Below are positions 34,746 through 44,500 of a stretch of 64,000 bases of DNA, in pieces. The first letter of the stretch is position 1, and every line of letters starts with the position of its first letter. A program made the position numbers and the translations under genes. Location of the stretch: NCBI GenBank assembly GCA_049578465.1, contig JBAUMB010000055.1, forward strand, positions 18,085-82,084, written 5' to 3'. The DNA comes from Anaerolineales bacterium (GTDB lineage Bacteria > Chloroflexota > Anaerolineae > Anaerolineales > Villigracilaceae). The notes under the pieces were generated by a model that was given only the letters and a program-made list of their open reading frames with translations, was not told the DNA's origin and searched no databases.

Positions 34746-35770
34746 GAACGGAACGTCATATCTTGATCACGGGCGGCGCGGGATATATCGGTTCGCTCCT
34801 GACCTCGGAGTTGCTGCGCGCCAACTATCGCGTGACCGTTGTCGACAGCCTATTGTTCGGCGGCGAGTCTTTGCTTGGATTTTTGCACCACCCTAATTTT
34901 CATTTTGTCAAAGCAGATGTGACTGAGCCTCATAAGATCAAAGATGTGGTGCGCGACCATTCTGCAAGCGAGAAATGGCCCAAGCCTGATGCGGTGGTTC
35001 ATCTGGCGGCGATTGTGGGATTCCCTGCTTGCCAGGCGGTCGGCAAGCAGGTGGCGTGGAAGTATAACGTCGAGGCGACGAAAATGGTCTTCGAGCAGGT
35101 GTCCGACTTGGGTGCGGAACGATTCGTGTTTTCATCCACCTATAGTAATTATGGTCTCTCGACCGATGGCAAACCGGTTACCGAAGAATCACCGCTCATG
35201 CCGCAATCTCTATATGCCGAAACGAAAGTTGCCGCAGAGCAATATTTGCTTGAACAGAAAGACGCGACCTGTTCGCCTTTATTGTTTCGCTTTGCGACGT
35301 TATATGGAATTTCGCCGCGCACACGTTTTGATTTGATCATCAATCAATTTGTCTTGGATGCTTTTACAAAGCGCCAACTGTTGATTTATCAACGCGGCTA
35401 TTCGCGTTCGTTCGTGCATGTCCGGGATGTGGTGCGCGGCATTATGATTGGTTTGGATGCGGCGCAGAAAAAAGTGCGCGGGCAAATTTATAACCTCGGC
35501 AGTGACGATGGTAACTATACTAAGGATCAAATCGTAAAACTGGTGTTGCGGCGCATGCCTGAAACGGAAGTCGAATATAAAGACTTGACTTTTGGCGGCG
35601 ATATGCGCGACATCACCGTTTCATTTGCCAAGATCAAGCGTGAACTTGGATTTGAAACAACGCTGGATGTGGACGATGGCATTCGCGATTTATTGTTTGC
35701 GCTGAAGACGGGATTGATTCGCAATCCGTTGGATGAACGTTACCGGAACGCGCAATTTATTGTGCAATAA
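34742..35770 (+). CDS. NAD-dependent nucleotide-sugar epimerase/dehydratase (SDR; specificity unknown)
   Basis: ILITGGAGYIGS, YAETK catalytic motif, 342 aa, ATGA overlap with the regulator gene. Confidence 0.8.
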   Translation: MRTERHILITGGAGYIGSLLTSELLRANYRVTVVDSLLFGGESLLGFLHHPNFHFVKADVTEPHKIKDVVRDHSASEKWPKPDAVVHLAAIVGFPACQAVGKQVAWKYNVEATKMVFEQVSDLGAERFVFSSTYSNYGLSTDGKPVTEESPLMPQSLYAETKVAAEQYLLEQKDATCSPLLFRFATLYGISPRTRFDLIINQFVLDAFTKRQLLIYQRGYSRSFVHVRDVVRGIMIGLDAAQKKVRGQIYNLGSDDGNYTKDQIVKLVLRRMPETEVEYKDLTFGGDMRDITVSFAKIKRELGFETTLDVDDGIRDLLFALKTGLIRNPLDERYRNAQFIVQ

Positions 35771-35787
35771 TATTGGGAGAATAAATT

Positions 35788-36759
35788 ATGGCTGAAAGTT
35801 TTTGGCAAAACAAACGCGTCATTTTGACCGGCGGCGCGGGCTTTCTCGGTTCATTTGTGACAGAGAAGCTCAAAGGACGCGGCGCGATAGATATTTTTAT
35901 TCCGCGTATAGAGAATTACAATCTTGTTGATCCAAGCGATATTCGCCGCATGTATGATAATGCACTAAAAGGTGTAAGCCCAAAAGATATTGTTATCATT
36001 CACTTGGCTGCGCACGTTGGCGGGATCGGCGCCAACCGCGAACATCCGGCTGAATTTTTCTATGATAATTTGATGATGGGTGTGGAATTGATACATCAGG
36101 CATATCAGCGCGGCGTCGGTAAGTTTGTCGCAATTGGAACGGTCTGTGCTTATCCCAAGTTCACGCCCGTTCCATTCAAGGAAGAAGATTTATGGATCGG
36201 TTATCCTGAGGAGACCAATGCGCCGTATGGATTGGCGAAGAAGATGTTGCTGGTGCAGGCGCAATCGTATCGCCAGCAATATGGATTCAATGCGATTTAT
36301 CTTTTGCCGGTCAATCTTTATGGACCGCGCGATAACTTCAATCTACAATCATCCCATGTGATTCCGGCATTGATCCGCAAAGCCATTGAAGCCAAGGAAC
36401 GCGGCGAAAAGGAATTGTTGGTGTGGGGCGATGGCACACCGACGCGTGAATTTTTATACGTCGAAGATGCGGCAGATGGAATCATCAGCGCTGCGGAAAA
36501 ATATAATGGTTCTGAGCCGGTCAATCTCGGATCGGGCTACGAGATTTCGATCAAAAATTTGACCGAGATGATTGTTCGTCAAACTGGCTTCGAGGGAAAA
36601 CTGGTTTGGCAGACCGATAAACCCAACGGTCAACCGCGTCGAGGTCTGGATGTGAGCCGGGCGAAAGAATATTTTGGATGGAGTGCGCAAGTCCCGTTTG
36701 AAGAAGGGATGCGCCGCACCATCGAGTGGTTCAAGGAGAATCGTTCAAAGATTAAATAG
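35788..36759 (+). CDS. fcl: GDP-L-fucose synthase (GDP-4-keto-6-deoxymannose 3,5-epimerase/4-reductase)
   Basis: [51 protein letters not shown]; classic Fcl/WcaG motifs. Confidence 0.88.
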   Translation: MAESFWQNKRVILTGGAGFLGSFVTEKLKGRGAIDIFIPRIENYNLVDPSDIRRMYDNALKGVSPKDIVIIHLAAHVGGIGANREHPAEFFYDNLMMGVELIHQAYQRGVGKFVAIGTVCAYPKFTPVPFKEEDLWIGYPEETNAPYGLAKKMLLVQAQSYRQQYGFNAIYLLPVNLYGPRDNFNLQSSHVIPALIRKAIEAKERGEKELLVWGDGTPTREFLYVEDAADGIISAAEKYNGSEPVNLGSGYEISIKNLTEMIVRQTGFEGKLVWQTDKPNGQPRRGLDVSRAKEYFGWSAQVPFEEGMRRTIEWFKENRSKIK

Positions 36760-36761
36760 AT

Positions 36762-37610
36762 ATGGCAAAATCAATTGAGCTTGCTCGTCAACCAGAAACA
36801 ATTTATATCAAACCGTCCACCGGCTTGACCGCGCTCAACTTGCGCGACTTGTGGATCTATCGCGAACTGGTTTACTTCATGATCTGGCGCGATATCAAAG
36901 TGCGTTATAAGCAAACCGTGCTGGGCGCGGCATGGGCGATCATTCAGCCGGTGCTGACAATGCTGGTCTTCAACTTCATCTTTGGTAGTATCGCTAAAGT
37001 TCCGACCGATGGCATTCCCTATCCAATCTTTTCGTACACAGCGCTGTTGCCGTGGGGCTTGTTCAGCGCGGCGTTGAACAATGCCAGCCGTTCGCTGACG
37101 ACGAACACGAGCATGGTGACCAAGATTTATTTCCCGCGCCTTGTGCTTCCGCTGGCATCGGTGCTGGGCAACTTGGTGGATTTTGCCATCGCATTCCTAA
37201 TCCTGATCGTGATGATGTTCTATTACAAAGTAACGCCCACGGCCGCCATCTGGACCTTGCCGTTGTTCATCCTCCTTTCGATCATAGCCGCGCTGGGCGT
37301 TTCGTTATGGCTGGCCGCCATCAACGTTCAATATCGCGACGTGAACTACGTCCTGCCGTTCCTGACTCAATTCTGGATGTTCGTTACGCCGGTGGCTTAT
37401 TCATCCAAAGTGATTTCGCCCAAATGGCAGATCGTTTATTCGCTCAACCCGATGGCCGGCGTGGTCAATGGTTTTCGCTGGGCACTGCTCGGCACGCCCA
37501 CCGGTCCCAATTTGCAACTGCTTGTTTCGGTGGGCGTTTCTCTGATTGTCCTCGTGACCGGTTTATTCTACTTCCGCTACATGGAGCGGACGTTTGCGGA
37601 CATGATCTAA
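36762..37610 (+). CDS. wzm: ABC-2 type polysaccharide export permease (Wzm/TagG-like)
   Basis: RDIKVRYKQTVLGAAWAIIQPVLTMLVF N-terminal signature, 6 TMs, 282 aa. Confidence 0.85.
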   Translation: MAKSIELARQPETIYIKPSTGLTALNLRDLWIYRELVYFMIWRDIKVRYKQTVLGAAWAIIQPVLTMLVFNFIFGSIAKVPTDGIPYPIFSYTALLPWGLFSAALNNASRSLTTNTSMVTKIYFPRLVLPLASVLGNLVDFAIAFLILIVMMFYYKVTPTAAIWTLPLFILLSIIAALGVSLWLAAINVQYRDVNYVLPFLTQFWMFVTPVAYSSKVISPKWQIVYSLNPMAGVVNGFRWALLGTPTGPNLQLLVSVGVSLIVLVTGLFYFRYMERTFADMI

Positions 37611-37611
37611 C

Positions 37612-38904
37612 ATGACTACTGCTATTCGAGTTGATCACTTAGGCAAACGGTATCGCATCGGCGCGATGCAGACAAGATTCCATTATGGAATGCTGCGCGA
37701 CGTGCTGATGGATGTGGCGATGACTCCGGTGCACGTGTTTCGATCCATGACCGGCAAGTCCATGCGCGGCGCCGAAAACTTTTCTTACATTTGGGCGCTC
37801 AACGATGTTTCGTTTGAAGTTCAAGAAGGACAAGTGCTGGGCATCATCGGACGCAACGGCGCGGGCAAAAGCACTCTGCTCAAAATTTTAGCGCGCGTCA
37901 CCGAGCCGACGAAGGGCACGGTCTCCGTGCGCGGACGGGTTGGTTCGCTGCTTGAGGTCGGCACCGGCTTTCATCCGGAACTGACCGGCCGTGAAAACAT
38001 CTATCTCAACGGTGCGGTGCTTGGTATGAGACGCGGCGAGACCGAAAGAAAGTTCGACGAGATCGTGGCTTTCTCTGAGGTTGAGCAGTTCATTGATACG
38101 CCGGTCAAACGCTATTCGTCCGGAATGTATCTGCGGCTGGCGTTCGCAGTCGCCGCGCACCTTGAGCCGGAAATCCTGGTTGTGGATGAAGTCCTCGCAG
38201 TAGGCGACGCCGAATTCCAAAAGAAATGTCTCGGCAAGATGGGTGATGTGGCGCAACAAGGACGAACGGTTTTGTTTGTCAGTCACAACATGTCGGCTGT
38301 GCTGCGCCTGACTCAGGAAGCGCTTGTCATTGATAAAGGTCGCTTGATGATGCGCGCTCCTACCGCCGAAGCGGTAGATTATTATCTTTCCGCCGGACAC
38401 GCCGACGCGGGCGAACGTATTTGGGAAGCGGATGAAGTGCCTGAAATGGCTGCGCCGTTCACACCCATTTCTTTAAGGTTGAAAGATATGCGCGGGACTA
38501 TCGTAGATACGCTTCGCTCGACCGAACCGGCTGCCATTGAATTTGAATATCAACTCAGCGCGCCGACCACCGGTTTGCGCGTCGGTTTTTATCTCAGCAC
38601 CATGCGCGGCGATTATGTGTTGACCTCCTTCGATACCGATGAACCCGAAAAATTTGAGAAGTTCAGCGCGCGCAAAGCCGGACGATATGTCAGCCGTTGT
38701 ACCATTCCCGCCGACCTGTTCAACGAAGGCCGTTATTCGTTGGGAGTCAACGCCAGCTCGTTCGGAGTCCGCCGCTATTTTCTCGACGAGAACGCTCTGG
38801 CTTTTAACGTAGATGTTTCCGGCGCTCCCGGAACACATTGGCCCGAACCGCGTGTGGGGCCGATTCGCCCGCGCCTGGATTGGAAAATTGAAAAGTTAGA
38901 TTGA
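37612..38904 (+). CDS. wzt: polysaccharide export ABC ATPase (Wzt/TagH-like) with a C-terminal beta-sandwich extension of about 180 aa (Wzt_C-like)
   Basis: Walker A GRNGAGKST, signature YSSGMYLRLAF, Walker B ILVVDE. Residues from about 250 to 430 form an extra domain. Confidence 0.88.
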   Translation: MTTAIRVDHLGKRYRIGAMQTRFHYGMLRDVLMDVAMTPVHVFRSMTGKSMRGAENFSYIWALNDVSFEVQEGQVLGIIGRNGAGKSTLLKILARVTEPTKGTVSVRGRVGSLLEVGTGFHPELTGRENIYLNGAVLGMRRGETERKFDEIVAFSEVEQFIDTPVKRYSSGMYLRLAFAVAAHLEPEILVVDEVLAVGDAEFQKKCLGKMGDVAQQGRTVLFVSHNMSAVLRLTQEALVIDKGRLMMRAPTAEAVDYYLSAGHADAGERIWEADEVPEMAAPFTPISLRLKDMRGTIVDTLRSTEPAAIEFEYQLSAPTTGLRVGFYLSTMRGDYVLTSFDTDEPEKFEKFSARKAGRYVSRCTIPADLFNEGRYSLGVNASSFGVRRYFLDENALAFNVDVSGAPGTHWPEPRVGPIRPRLDWKIEKLD

Positions 38905-40508
38905 TGGTTACAAAATCAGCGCTGCGTTCGTTGGCTGGCGATTTACCTTTCATTGCCGAACTCGATTGGATGCTTCGACAGAAGAATCGCGCGCACAACG
39001 ATCACTTCTCGCTCGAACGATTAAAGAAATCGTTGCCCGAGGCGGTGAAAACCGCAGAGACATTTGCCGCGTCTGCGAAGCCGGGCAAAAAGATTTTATT
39101 TTTTTCAACCCTGCATTATTGGATCGAACAATCGGCATATATCTCGCTTGTGCTAGCTGGGCTCGGACATCAAGTCACCTTGATGACGTTGCCTTATTCC
39201 GAATGGCATAAGCGCATGGATAACTTTACGCAACGCCAGCGCATTCTGCACACGCGTGACACGTTGAAACCGATTGAGCCGCTGGTCAAACACGTTTCAT
39301 TGCTTGACCTCAAAGATTCGGCATCGTTGCCAGATAAACTTCGCACCGATATTGAACAGATCAGTTTGTGGGATACGCAATATACACTGATGCGCGAAGA
39401 AGTGGATATGAATAACGCATCTGACCGCGCTGTATATGATCTGCGCCTCGAACGAAATTCTTTTGCGGCGTGCGCTGCGCTGGCTTGGATGCAGACGAAC
39501 AAACCGGATGTTGTTCTTGTCCCCAATGGTTTGATCCTTGAAATGGGAATCGTTTTTCGTGTGGCGCGTTATCTTGATATTCCAACCATGACGTTTGAAT
39601 TCAACGATCAGCGCGAGCAGATTTGGTTGGCACAGAATTCATCCATCATGCGGCAGGAAACAGATTATCTTGTTGACGCTCGTTGCAAACTTCCGATGAA
39701 CGATGCAATGTATGAACGCCTGGCCGATTTAGAGAACGCACGACGCGGTGCGCGCGTTTGGGGAAAATCCAAACGCTTGTGGCAATACGTCTCTTCTCAA
39801 GGCGGAGAGGCGACGAAGAAATTGCTTGAACTCGATGATCGTCCGGTTGTCATGTTGGCTGCAAATGTATTGGGCGATAGCTTAACGCTTGGACGCAACA
39901 TCTTCGCTGAGTCAATGACCGAATGGATCAAGCGCACGGTTCAATTTTTTGCAACCCGCTCAGATGTCCAGTTGGTGATTCGAGTTCATCCCGGCGAAAC
40001 GATTGTTCCAAAAGCGAAATCTATGGCGCAAGTTGTGCGCGAGGCTCTGCCGTCGTTGCCGGAATACATTCATGTCATCGCCGCGGCTGATAAAGTCAAC
40101 ACATATGATCTCATCGAGATTGCCGATTTAGGTTTGGCGTATACCACCACGGTCGGACTCGAGACCGCCATGAATGATCGTCCTGTGATCTCGTGCGGCC
40201 AAACGCATTATCGCGGCCGCGGCTTTACGCTCGATCCAAATTCTTGGAAAGAATATTTTACAACGCTGAAAAAAGTTTTATCGGATCTGCCCGCTTATCG
40301 TCTGAACGAGGCGCAGGTAGAATCCGCCTGGAATTATGCATATCGTTTTTTCTTTGAGTACCCGCGCCCGTTCCCGTGGCGCTTGATGAATTTCTGGGAC
40401 GATCTCGCGGTGTGGCCGCTTGGTAAAGTGCTTGGCGCTGAAGGTCAAGCTGAATTTGGCGAGACGTTCAAGTTTTTGGTTGGCGAACCGTTTACGTGGA
40501 AGAACTAA
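38904..40508 (+). CDS. uncharacterised GT-B-like protein, possibly capsule-synthesis (KpsC/KpsS, CMP-sugar transferase)-like
   Basis: C-terminal half QLVIRVHPGE...YDLIEIADLGLAYTTTVGLETAMNDRPVISCGQTHYRGRGFT resembles the HP...G.ETA...P....G...Y..GF pattern of Capsule_synth proteins. TGATG overlap with wzt (the track lists TTG 38901). Confidence 0.4.
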   Translation: MVTKSALRSLAGDLPFIAELDWMLRQKNRAHNDHFSLERLKKSLPEAVKTAETFAASAKPGKKILFFSTLHYWIEQSAYISLVLAGLGHQVTLMTLPYSEWHKRMDNFTQRQRILHTRDTLKPIEPLVKHVSLLDLKDSASLPDKLRTDIEQISLWDTQYTLMREEVDMNNASDRAVYDLRLERNSFAACAALAWMQTNKPDVVLVPNGLILEMGIVFRVARYLDIPTMTFEFNDQREQIWLAQNSSIMRQETDYLVDARCKLPMNDAMYERLADLENARRGARVWGKSKRLWQYVSSQGGEATKKLLELDDRPVVMLAANVLGDSLTLGRNIFAESMTEWIKRTVQFFATRSDVQLVIRVHPGETIVPKAKSMAQVVREALPSLPEYIHVIAAADKVNTYDLIEIADLGLAYTTTVGLETAMNDRPVISCGQTHYRGRGFTLDPNSWKEYFTTLKKVLSDLPAYRLNEAQVESAWNYAYRFFFEYPRPFPWRLMNFWDDLAVWPLGKVLGAEGQAEFGETFKFLVGEPFTWKN

Positions 40509-41344
40509 TGGCAGAAAACACCAAGCAACAAGTCCGGGAATTTTATGATCAGATTGGCTGGTCGCAAGTCGGCGAAGGGTTGTATCAAAACGCTCGCTAC
40601 GAAGATCTGCGATCCGTTTCACACGACTATATTCATCGTTGTCATTTGCGCGTCAATCGTTATATCGCTTCGCGCGGCGACTTTTTGCTGGACGCCGGTT
40701 CCGGTCCGGTTCAATGGCCCGAATATTTGACCTACTCCGAAGGCTATCACTTTCGCGTCTGTCTTGATATATCCATCACGGCATTGAGAGAAGCACGCAC
40801 GCGGCTTGGTGCGAAAGGTTTGTATGTTGTCGCAGATATAGCCAACCTTCCATTCAAGGCTGACGCGTTTGACGGCATTGTTTCGATGCATACGATTCAT
40901 CATTTGCCGCTGAGTGATCATCGCGGCGCGTATCTTGAATTGCATCGCGTTCTCAAATCAAATCGAACAGCGGCAATCGTCAACGGCTGGGATCATCCGC
41001 GTTTGGTGTTAGTCACGCGTCCATTAGTTCGTTTGATTCGATTTATCCGAAGCGGCAGTTTTGGCAAACGAAAAAAGAATTGGCAAGCCGAAGATGAACA
41101 AGAAGGCACCTTCGTTAAAAAATTGACGCCGCGCTGGTTGAAACAAGAGTTGCATGATGTGGATTTTGAAATCTTCGCGTGGCGCAGTCTCAGCACCGTG
41201 TTTCTTAAAACCGTTGTCAATCCACGTTGGGGAGGCAAACCATTTTTGCGTTTTGTGTTCTGGCTCGAAGATCGTTTCCCGCGCTTCTTTGGCGAGAACG
41301 GACAATATCCGTTGATTGTGATTCGTAAATCGGAAGCCAAGTAA
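40508..41344 (+). CDS. class I SAM-dependent methyltransferase
   Basis: FLLDAGSGPVQ motif I, VVADIANLPFKADAFDGIVSMHTIHHL. A TAATG overlap makes ATG 40508 the likely start (the track lists GTG 40496). Confidence 0.8.
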   Translation: MAENTKQQVREFYDQIGWSQVGEGLYQNARYEDLRSVSHDYIHRCHLRVNRYIASRGDFLLDAGSGPVQWPEYLTYSEGYHFRVCLDISITALREARTRLGAKGLYVVADIANLPFKADAFDGIVSMHTIHHLPLSDHRGAYLELHRVLKSNRTAAIVNGWDHPRLVLVTRPLVRLIRFIRSGSFGKRKKNWQAEDEQEGTFVKKLTPRWLKQELHDVDFEIFAWRSLSTVFLKTVVNPRWGGKPFLRFVFWLEDRFPRFFGENGQYPLIVIRKSEAK

Positions 41345-41346
41345 AT

Positions 41347-42213
41347 ATGGAATTGGAACTCGACATTCCTGATAGCGCCAGTCAATGGTACAAACTGAAA
41401 AAGAATCCGCGCCTGTTTTTTTGGTGGATGTTTCATCGAGCTACAACGCCGTTGCGCGTCCTGCCGGACTTTCTCGTGATCGGAGTAATGAAAGGCGGCA
41501 CAACTTCCTTCTTCAATTATCTGGCTCGGCATCCGCGGATCAATCCTCCGTTTCGCAAAGAAATAAAATTCTTTGACATCCACTATCCTGAAGGACTCGG
41601 CTGGTATCGCGCTCACTTTCCAACATGCTTCAAGATGAAGCCGGGGATGGCCACCGGCGAAGCGACGCCGTATTATATTTTTCATCCGACCGCGGCGAAT
41701 CGAATCGCGAAACTTTTGCCAAATGTTAAATTGATCGCGTTGCTTCGTAATCCTGTTGACCGCGCTTATTCGCATTACAATCACATGGTGCGCGTCGGCA
41801 GGGAATCTTTACCTTTTGAAGATGCCATCGGGCATGAAGCGGAGCGATTAAGCGGCGAAGAAGAGAAGATTATCGCCGATCCTCGCTATTCCACCTTTAA
41901 TCATCTGCATTATTCCTATCTCGCGCGCGGAAGATACATTGAACAACTTCAAAAATGGTTCGCGCTTTTTCCGCGTGAGCAAATGCTGATCCTTGCCAGC
42001 GAAGAGATTTATACTTCACCTGCCACCGCGTATCGCAAAGCGACAGAATTTCTTGGATTATCGGACTGGACGCCGAATGATTTCAAAACTTATAAGCAAG
42101 GTGTTTACGAAGAGATGCCTGCATCAACGCGGAATCATTTGATTAAATATTATCGTCCTTATAATCAAAAACTATACGGTTATTTGAAGAGAAATTTCGA
42201 TTGGGACAAGTAA
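41347..42213 (+). CDS. sulfotransferase (PAPS-dependent)
   Basis: FLVIGVMKGGTTSFFNYL (5'-PSB) and LLRNPVDRAYSHYNH (3'-PB). Confidence 0.8.
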   Translation: MELELDIPDSASQWYKLKKNPRLFFWWMFHRATTPLRVLPDFLVIGVMKGGTTSFFNYLARHPRINPPFRKEIKFFDIHYPEGLGWYRAHFPTCFKMKPGMATGEATPYYIFHPTAANRIAKLLPNVKLIALLRNPVDRAYSHYNHMVRVGRESLPFEDAIGHEAERLSGEEEKIIADPRYSTFNHLHYSYLARGRYIEQLQKWFALFPREQMLILASEEIYTSPATAYRKATEFLGLSDWTPNDFKTYKQGVYEEMPASTRNHLIKYYRPYNQKLYGYLKRNFDWDK

Positions 42214-42214
42214 C

Positions 42215-43429
42215 ATGAGTATAAAAACTGCAAATTCCAATCTCAATAAAACCATTTTGATTTTTGTTGTTGTACTAATGATGATGGCGTGCGTTGCCAT
42301 ACCAGCTACAACTCCAGTTTCGATTGCTTCTCCAACTCCATTACCAGCAGCTCAAATACATATCAAGGACGTGACAAGCTGGAAATGGACCGAGATACCT
42401 GTTCCAGTTATTAAACCATTTTCTCAACATCCACAAGTATTGATTGATTCAAAGGGAAGAATTCATTTATTGTGGGACACTTTGGGTGGTTCTGATAATG
42501 CTTTTATATATCATTCTTATTTTGACGCAGGACAATGGACATCACCAAAGCCTATTGCATCAACTTTAGGAACATCATCTATAGTAACAGCGCCACTTGC
42601 AACTCCAGACGGTGCAATTCATGTTCTTTGGTATAACCAATTACAACTTGGCGGCCCTTATCGCTTGATGTACGCAAAATATGATGGCGCAAATTGGAGC
42701 CCAGAAGTAGAACTTTATCGTTCTGATAAAGACCCAAATCTTAGTGGCAGTTTGTTTTCAGACTCTCAATCAGTAGTCCATGCGGTTATACGAGTACCAA
42801 AAGGTTTGGGTTCTGATTTTCTATATTTGACGAATACTACTAATGGTTGGCAAATTCAACAATCTATCTTGCCTCAAGGGTTAAACGATCTGATTATGTG
42901 GAAATATGAATCTGATAGTGATGGGGGTGTTCGACTTTATGGTAGAGATTTAAATGGCCAACTAAACTTTGCTTATTGGAAAAACAATGCTGCCACAACA
43001 CAACAAACAAATATTACTTTAAAAATGTACGATCATGACTTTGGCGACAATCTAGGAAATTATTATATATATCGAATTGGTGATGTGCCAATTCCAGGCG
43101 GAACGACAACAGGTGTTTATTCTCAATGTATTGATACAAACTTAACTTTATGGCCGGAGCAACTTTTGTCCGGAGAGAACAAAGTTGTTACTGCGCCTCA
43201 AATTGCTCAAAGCGCATCTCGTACAGTTATGTCATGGATTACAAGTGATAACCAAGTCCAATTTCTTTTTCCGAAGGGCTGTGGTAAAGCTGATTTATTT
43301 ACATTACCCTTGCCAAAAGTTATCTTTGTACGGCAGTCTCTTTCATTGGCTATAAGTGATTCGCCTAACAAACTTTGTATTCTTAATAGAGCCGGTGAAT
43401 TTGAAATGTATTGTGCAGATATGCAATAA
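42215..43429 (+). CDS. predicted lipoprotein with a repeated BNR/sialidase-like beta-propeller blade pattern
   Basis: Signal peptide plus lipobox-like LMMMAC. At least 3-4 repeats of the form hVLW...hhY..YDG..W(S/T): HLLWDT..IYHSYFDAGQWTSP, HVLWYN..LMYAKYDGANWSPE, FLYLTNTTNGWQIQ. The gene is visibly AT-richer than its flanks. Confidence 0.55.
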   Translation: MSIKTANSNLNKTILIFVVVLMMMACVAIPATTPVSIASPTPLPAAQIHIKDVTSWKWTEIPVPVIKPFSQHPQVLIDSKGRIHLLWDTLGGSDNAFIYHSYFDAGQWTSPKPIASTLGTSSIVTAPLATPDGAIHVLWYNQLQLGGPYRLMYAKYDGANWSPEVELYRSDKDPNLSGSLFSDSQSVVHAVIRVPKGLGSDFLYLTNTTNGWQIQQSILPQGLNDLIMWKYESDSDGGVRLYGRDLNGQLNFAYWKNNAATTQQTNITLKMYDHDFGDNLGNYYIYRIGDVPIPGGTTTGVYSQCIDTNLTLWPEQLLSGENKVVTAPQIAQSASRTVMSWITSDNQVQFLFPKGCGKADLFTLPLPKVIFVRQSLSLAISDSPNKLCILNRAGEFEMYCADMQ

Positions 43430-43453
43430 TTAACGATAAGTGGAGTTATCTAA

Positions 43454-44464
43454 ATGAACTGGAAAAATCAAGTTGTATTAGTCACTGGCGGCACGGGATC
43501 GTTCGGCAAGAAATTCGTCGAGATCATGCTCAAGGATTTCAAGCCGAAGAAGATCATCATCTATAGCCGCGATGAGTTGAAGCAATATGAAATGCAGGCT
43601 TCGGGATTTAATCATCCCTCGATGCGTTATTTCATCGGCGACGTGCGCGACCGCGAGCGTCTTCTGCGCGCCATGCAGGGTGTGGATGTAATTGTCCATG
43701 CCGCGGCATTGAAGCAGGTGCCCGCCTGCGAATATAATCCGATGGAAGCGGTGAAGACTAATATCATGGGCACGAGCAACGTGGTCGAAGCCGCGCTGGA
43801 TGCAGATGTCAAAAAAGTGATGGCACTCAGCACCGATAAAGCTGTCAACCCGGTGAATTTATATGGCGCGACCAAACTCGCGGCGGAGAAGTTGACCGTT
43901 CAAAGTAACGCGTATGCCGCGGGTTCAGCGACCCGCTATTCGTGCGTTCGATACGGAAACGTGGTCGGGAGTCGCGGTTCGGTGGTGCCGGTCTTTCTGA
44001 AGCAACGCGAGTCGGGCAAGGTTACAATCACCGATGATCGCATGACGCGCTTTTGGTTGTCGTTGGAACAAGGCGTCCGATTTGTAATTACTTGCATCGA
44101 ACAAATGGAAGGCGGCGAAGTCTTCGTGCCAAAGATTCCGAGCATGAAAGTGATTGATCTCGCCAAAGCCATCGCGCCGAATGCGGATGTAAATGTGATC
44201 GGCATTCGGCCCGGTGAGAAGTTGCATGAGGTTTTGATCTCTGAAGATGAGGCGCGCAACACTGTTGAGTTGGATCAGATGTTTGTAGTTCAACCGGCGG
44301 AGGCGTTTTGGTTCGGCTACTCGTGGCAAAAGCAAGGAAAATTGCTTTCGGACGGATATCGTTATTCAAGCGACAATAATAAGGAATGGCTGGATGTGAA
44401 CGGCATCAAAAGATTTGTCGAGCCGTTCGAGAAGTTGTTTGCCGCTGGAAAGCTGGAAGGATAG
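43454..44464 (+). CDS. pseB: UDP-N-acetylglucosamine 4,6-dehydratase (inverting), PseB/FlaA1-type
   Basis: VLVTGGTGSFGKKF, IIIYSRDELKQ, YGATKLAAEK, VRYGNVVGSRGSVVP, MTRFW, GIRPGEKLHEVLI, YSSDNNKEWL. Collinear with H. pylori FlaA1 as I remember it. Confidence 0.85.
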   Translation: MNWKNQVVLVTGGTGSFGKKFVEIMLKDFKPKKIIIYSRDELKQYEMQASGFNHPSMRYFIGDVRDRERLLRAMQGVDVIVHAAALKQVPACEYNPMEAVKTNIMGTSNVVEAALDADVKKVMALSTDKAVNPVNLYGATKLAAEKLTVQSNAYAAGSATRYSCVRYGNVVGSRGSVVPVFLKQRESGKVTITDDRMTRFWLSLEQGVRFVITCIEQMEGGEVFVPKIPSMKVIDLAKAIAPNADVNVIGIRPGEKLHEVLISEDEARNTVELDQMFVVQPAEAFWFGYSWQKQGKLLSDGYRYSSDNNKEWLDVNGIKRFVEPFEKLFAAGKLEG

Positions 44465-44467
44465 GAG

Positions 44468-44491
44468 CGATATTCGAGTGATTGAATATCG
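44468..44491. repeat. perfect 8-bp inverted repeat CGATATTC-N8-GAATATCG between pseB and the RmlD-like gene
   Basis: Checked base by base: 44468-44475 is the reverse complement of 44484-44491. Confidence 0.5.
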
Positions 44492-44500
44492 AACATTATC

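Noticed and set aside
37052-37615. 187-aa alternative-frame plus-strand ORF inside wzm
   Set aside because: The wzm frame gives a canonical ABC-2 permease. The alternative frame gives an R/G/H-rich non-protein-like sequence.
40993-41784. 263-aa minus-strand ORF spanning the methyltransferase/sulfotransferase junction
   Set aside because: It lies antisense to two well-supported plus-strand genes with clear family motifs. Its translation is R/K/S-rich low complexity with no recognisable domain, which is typical of a shadow ORF.
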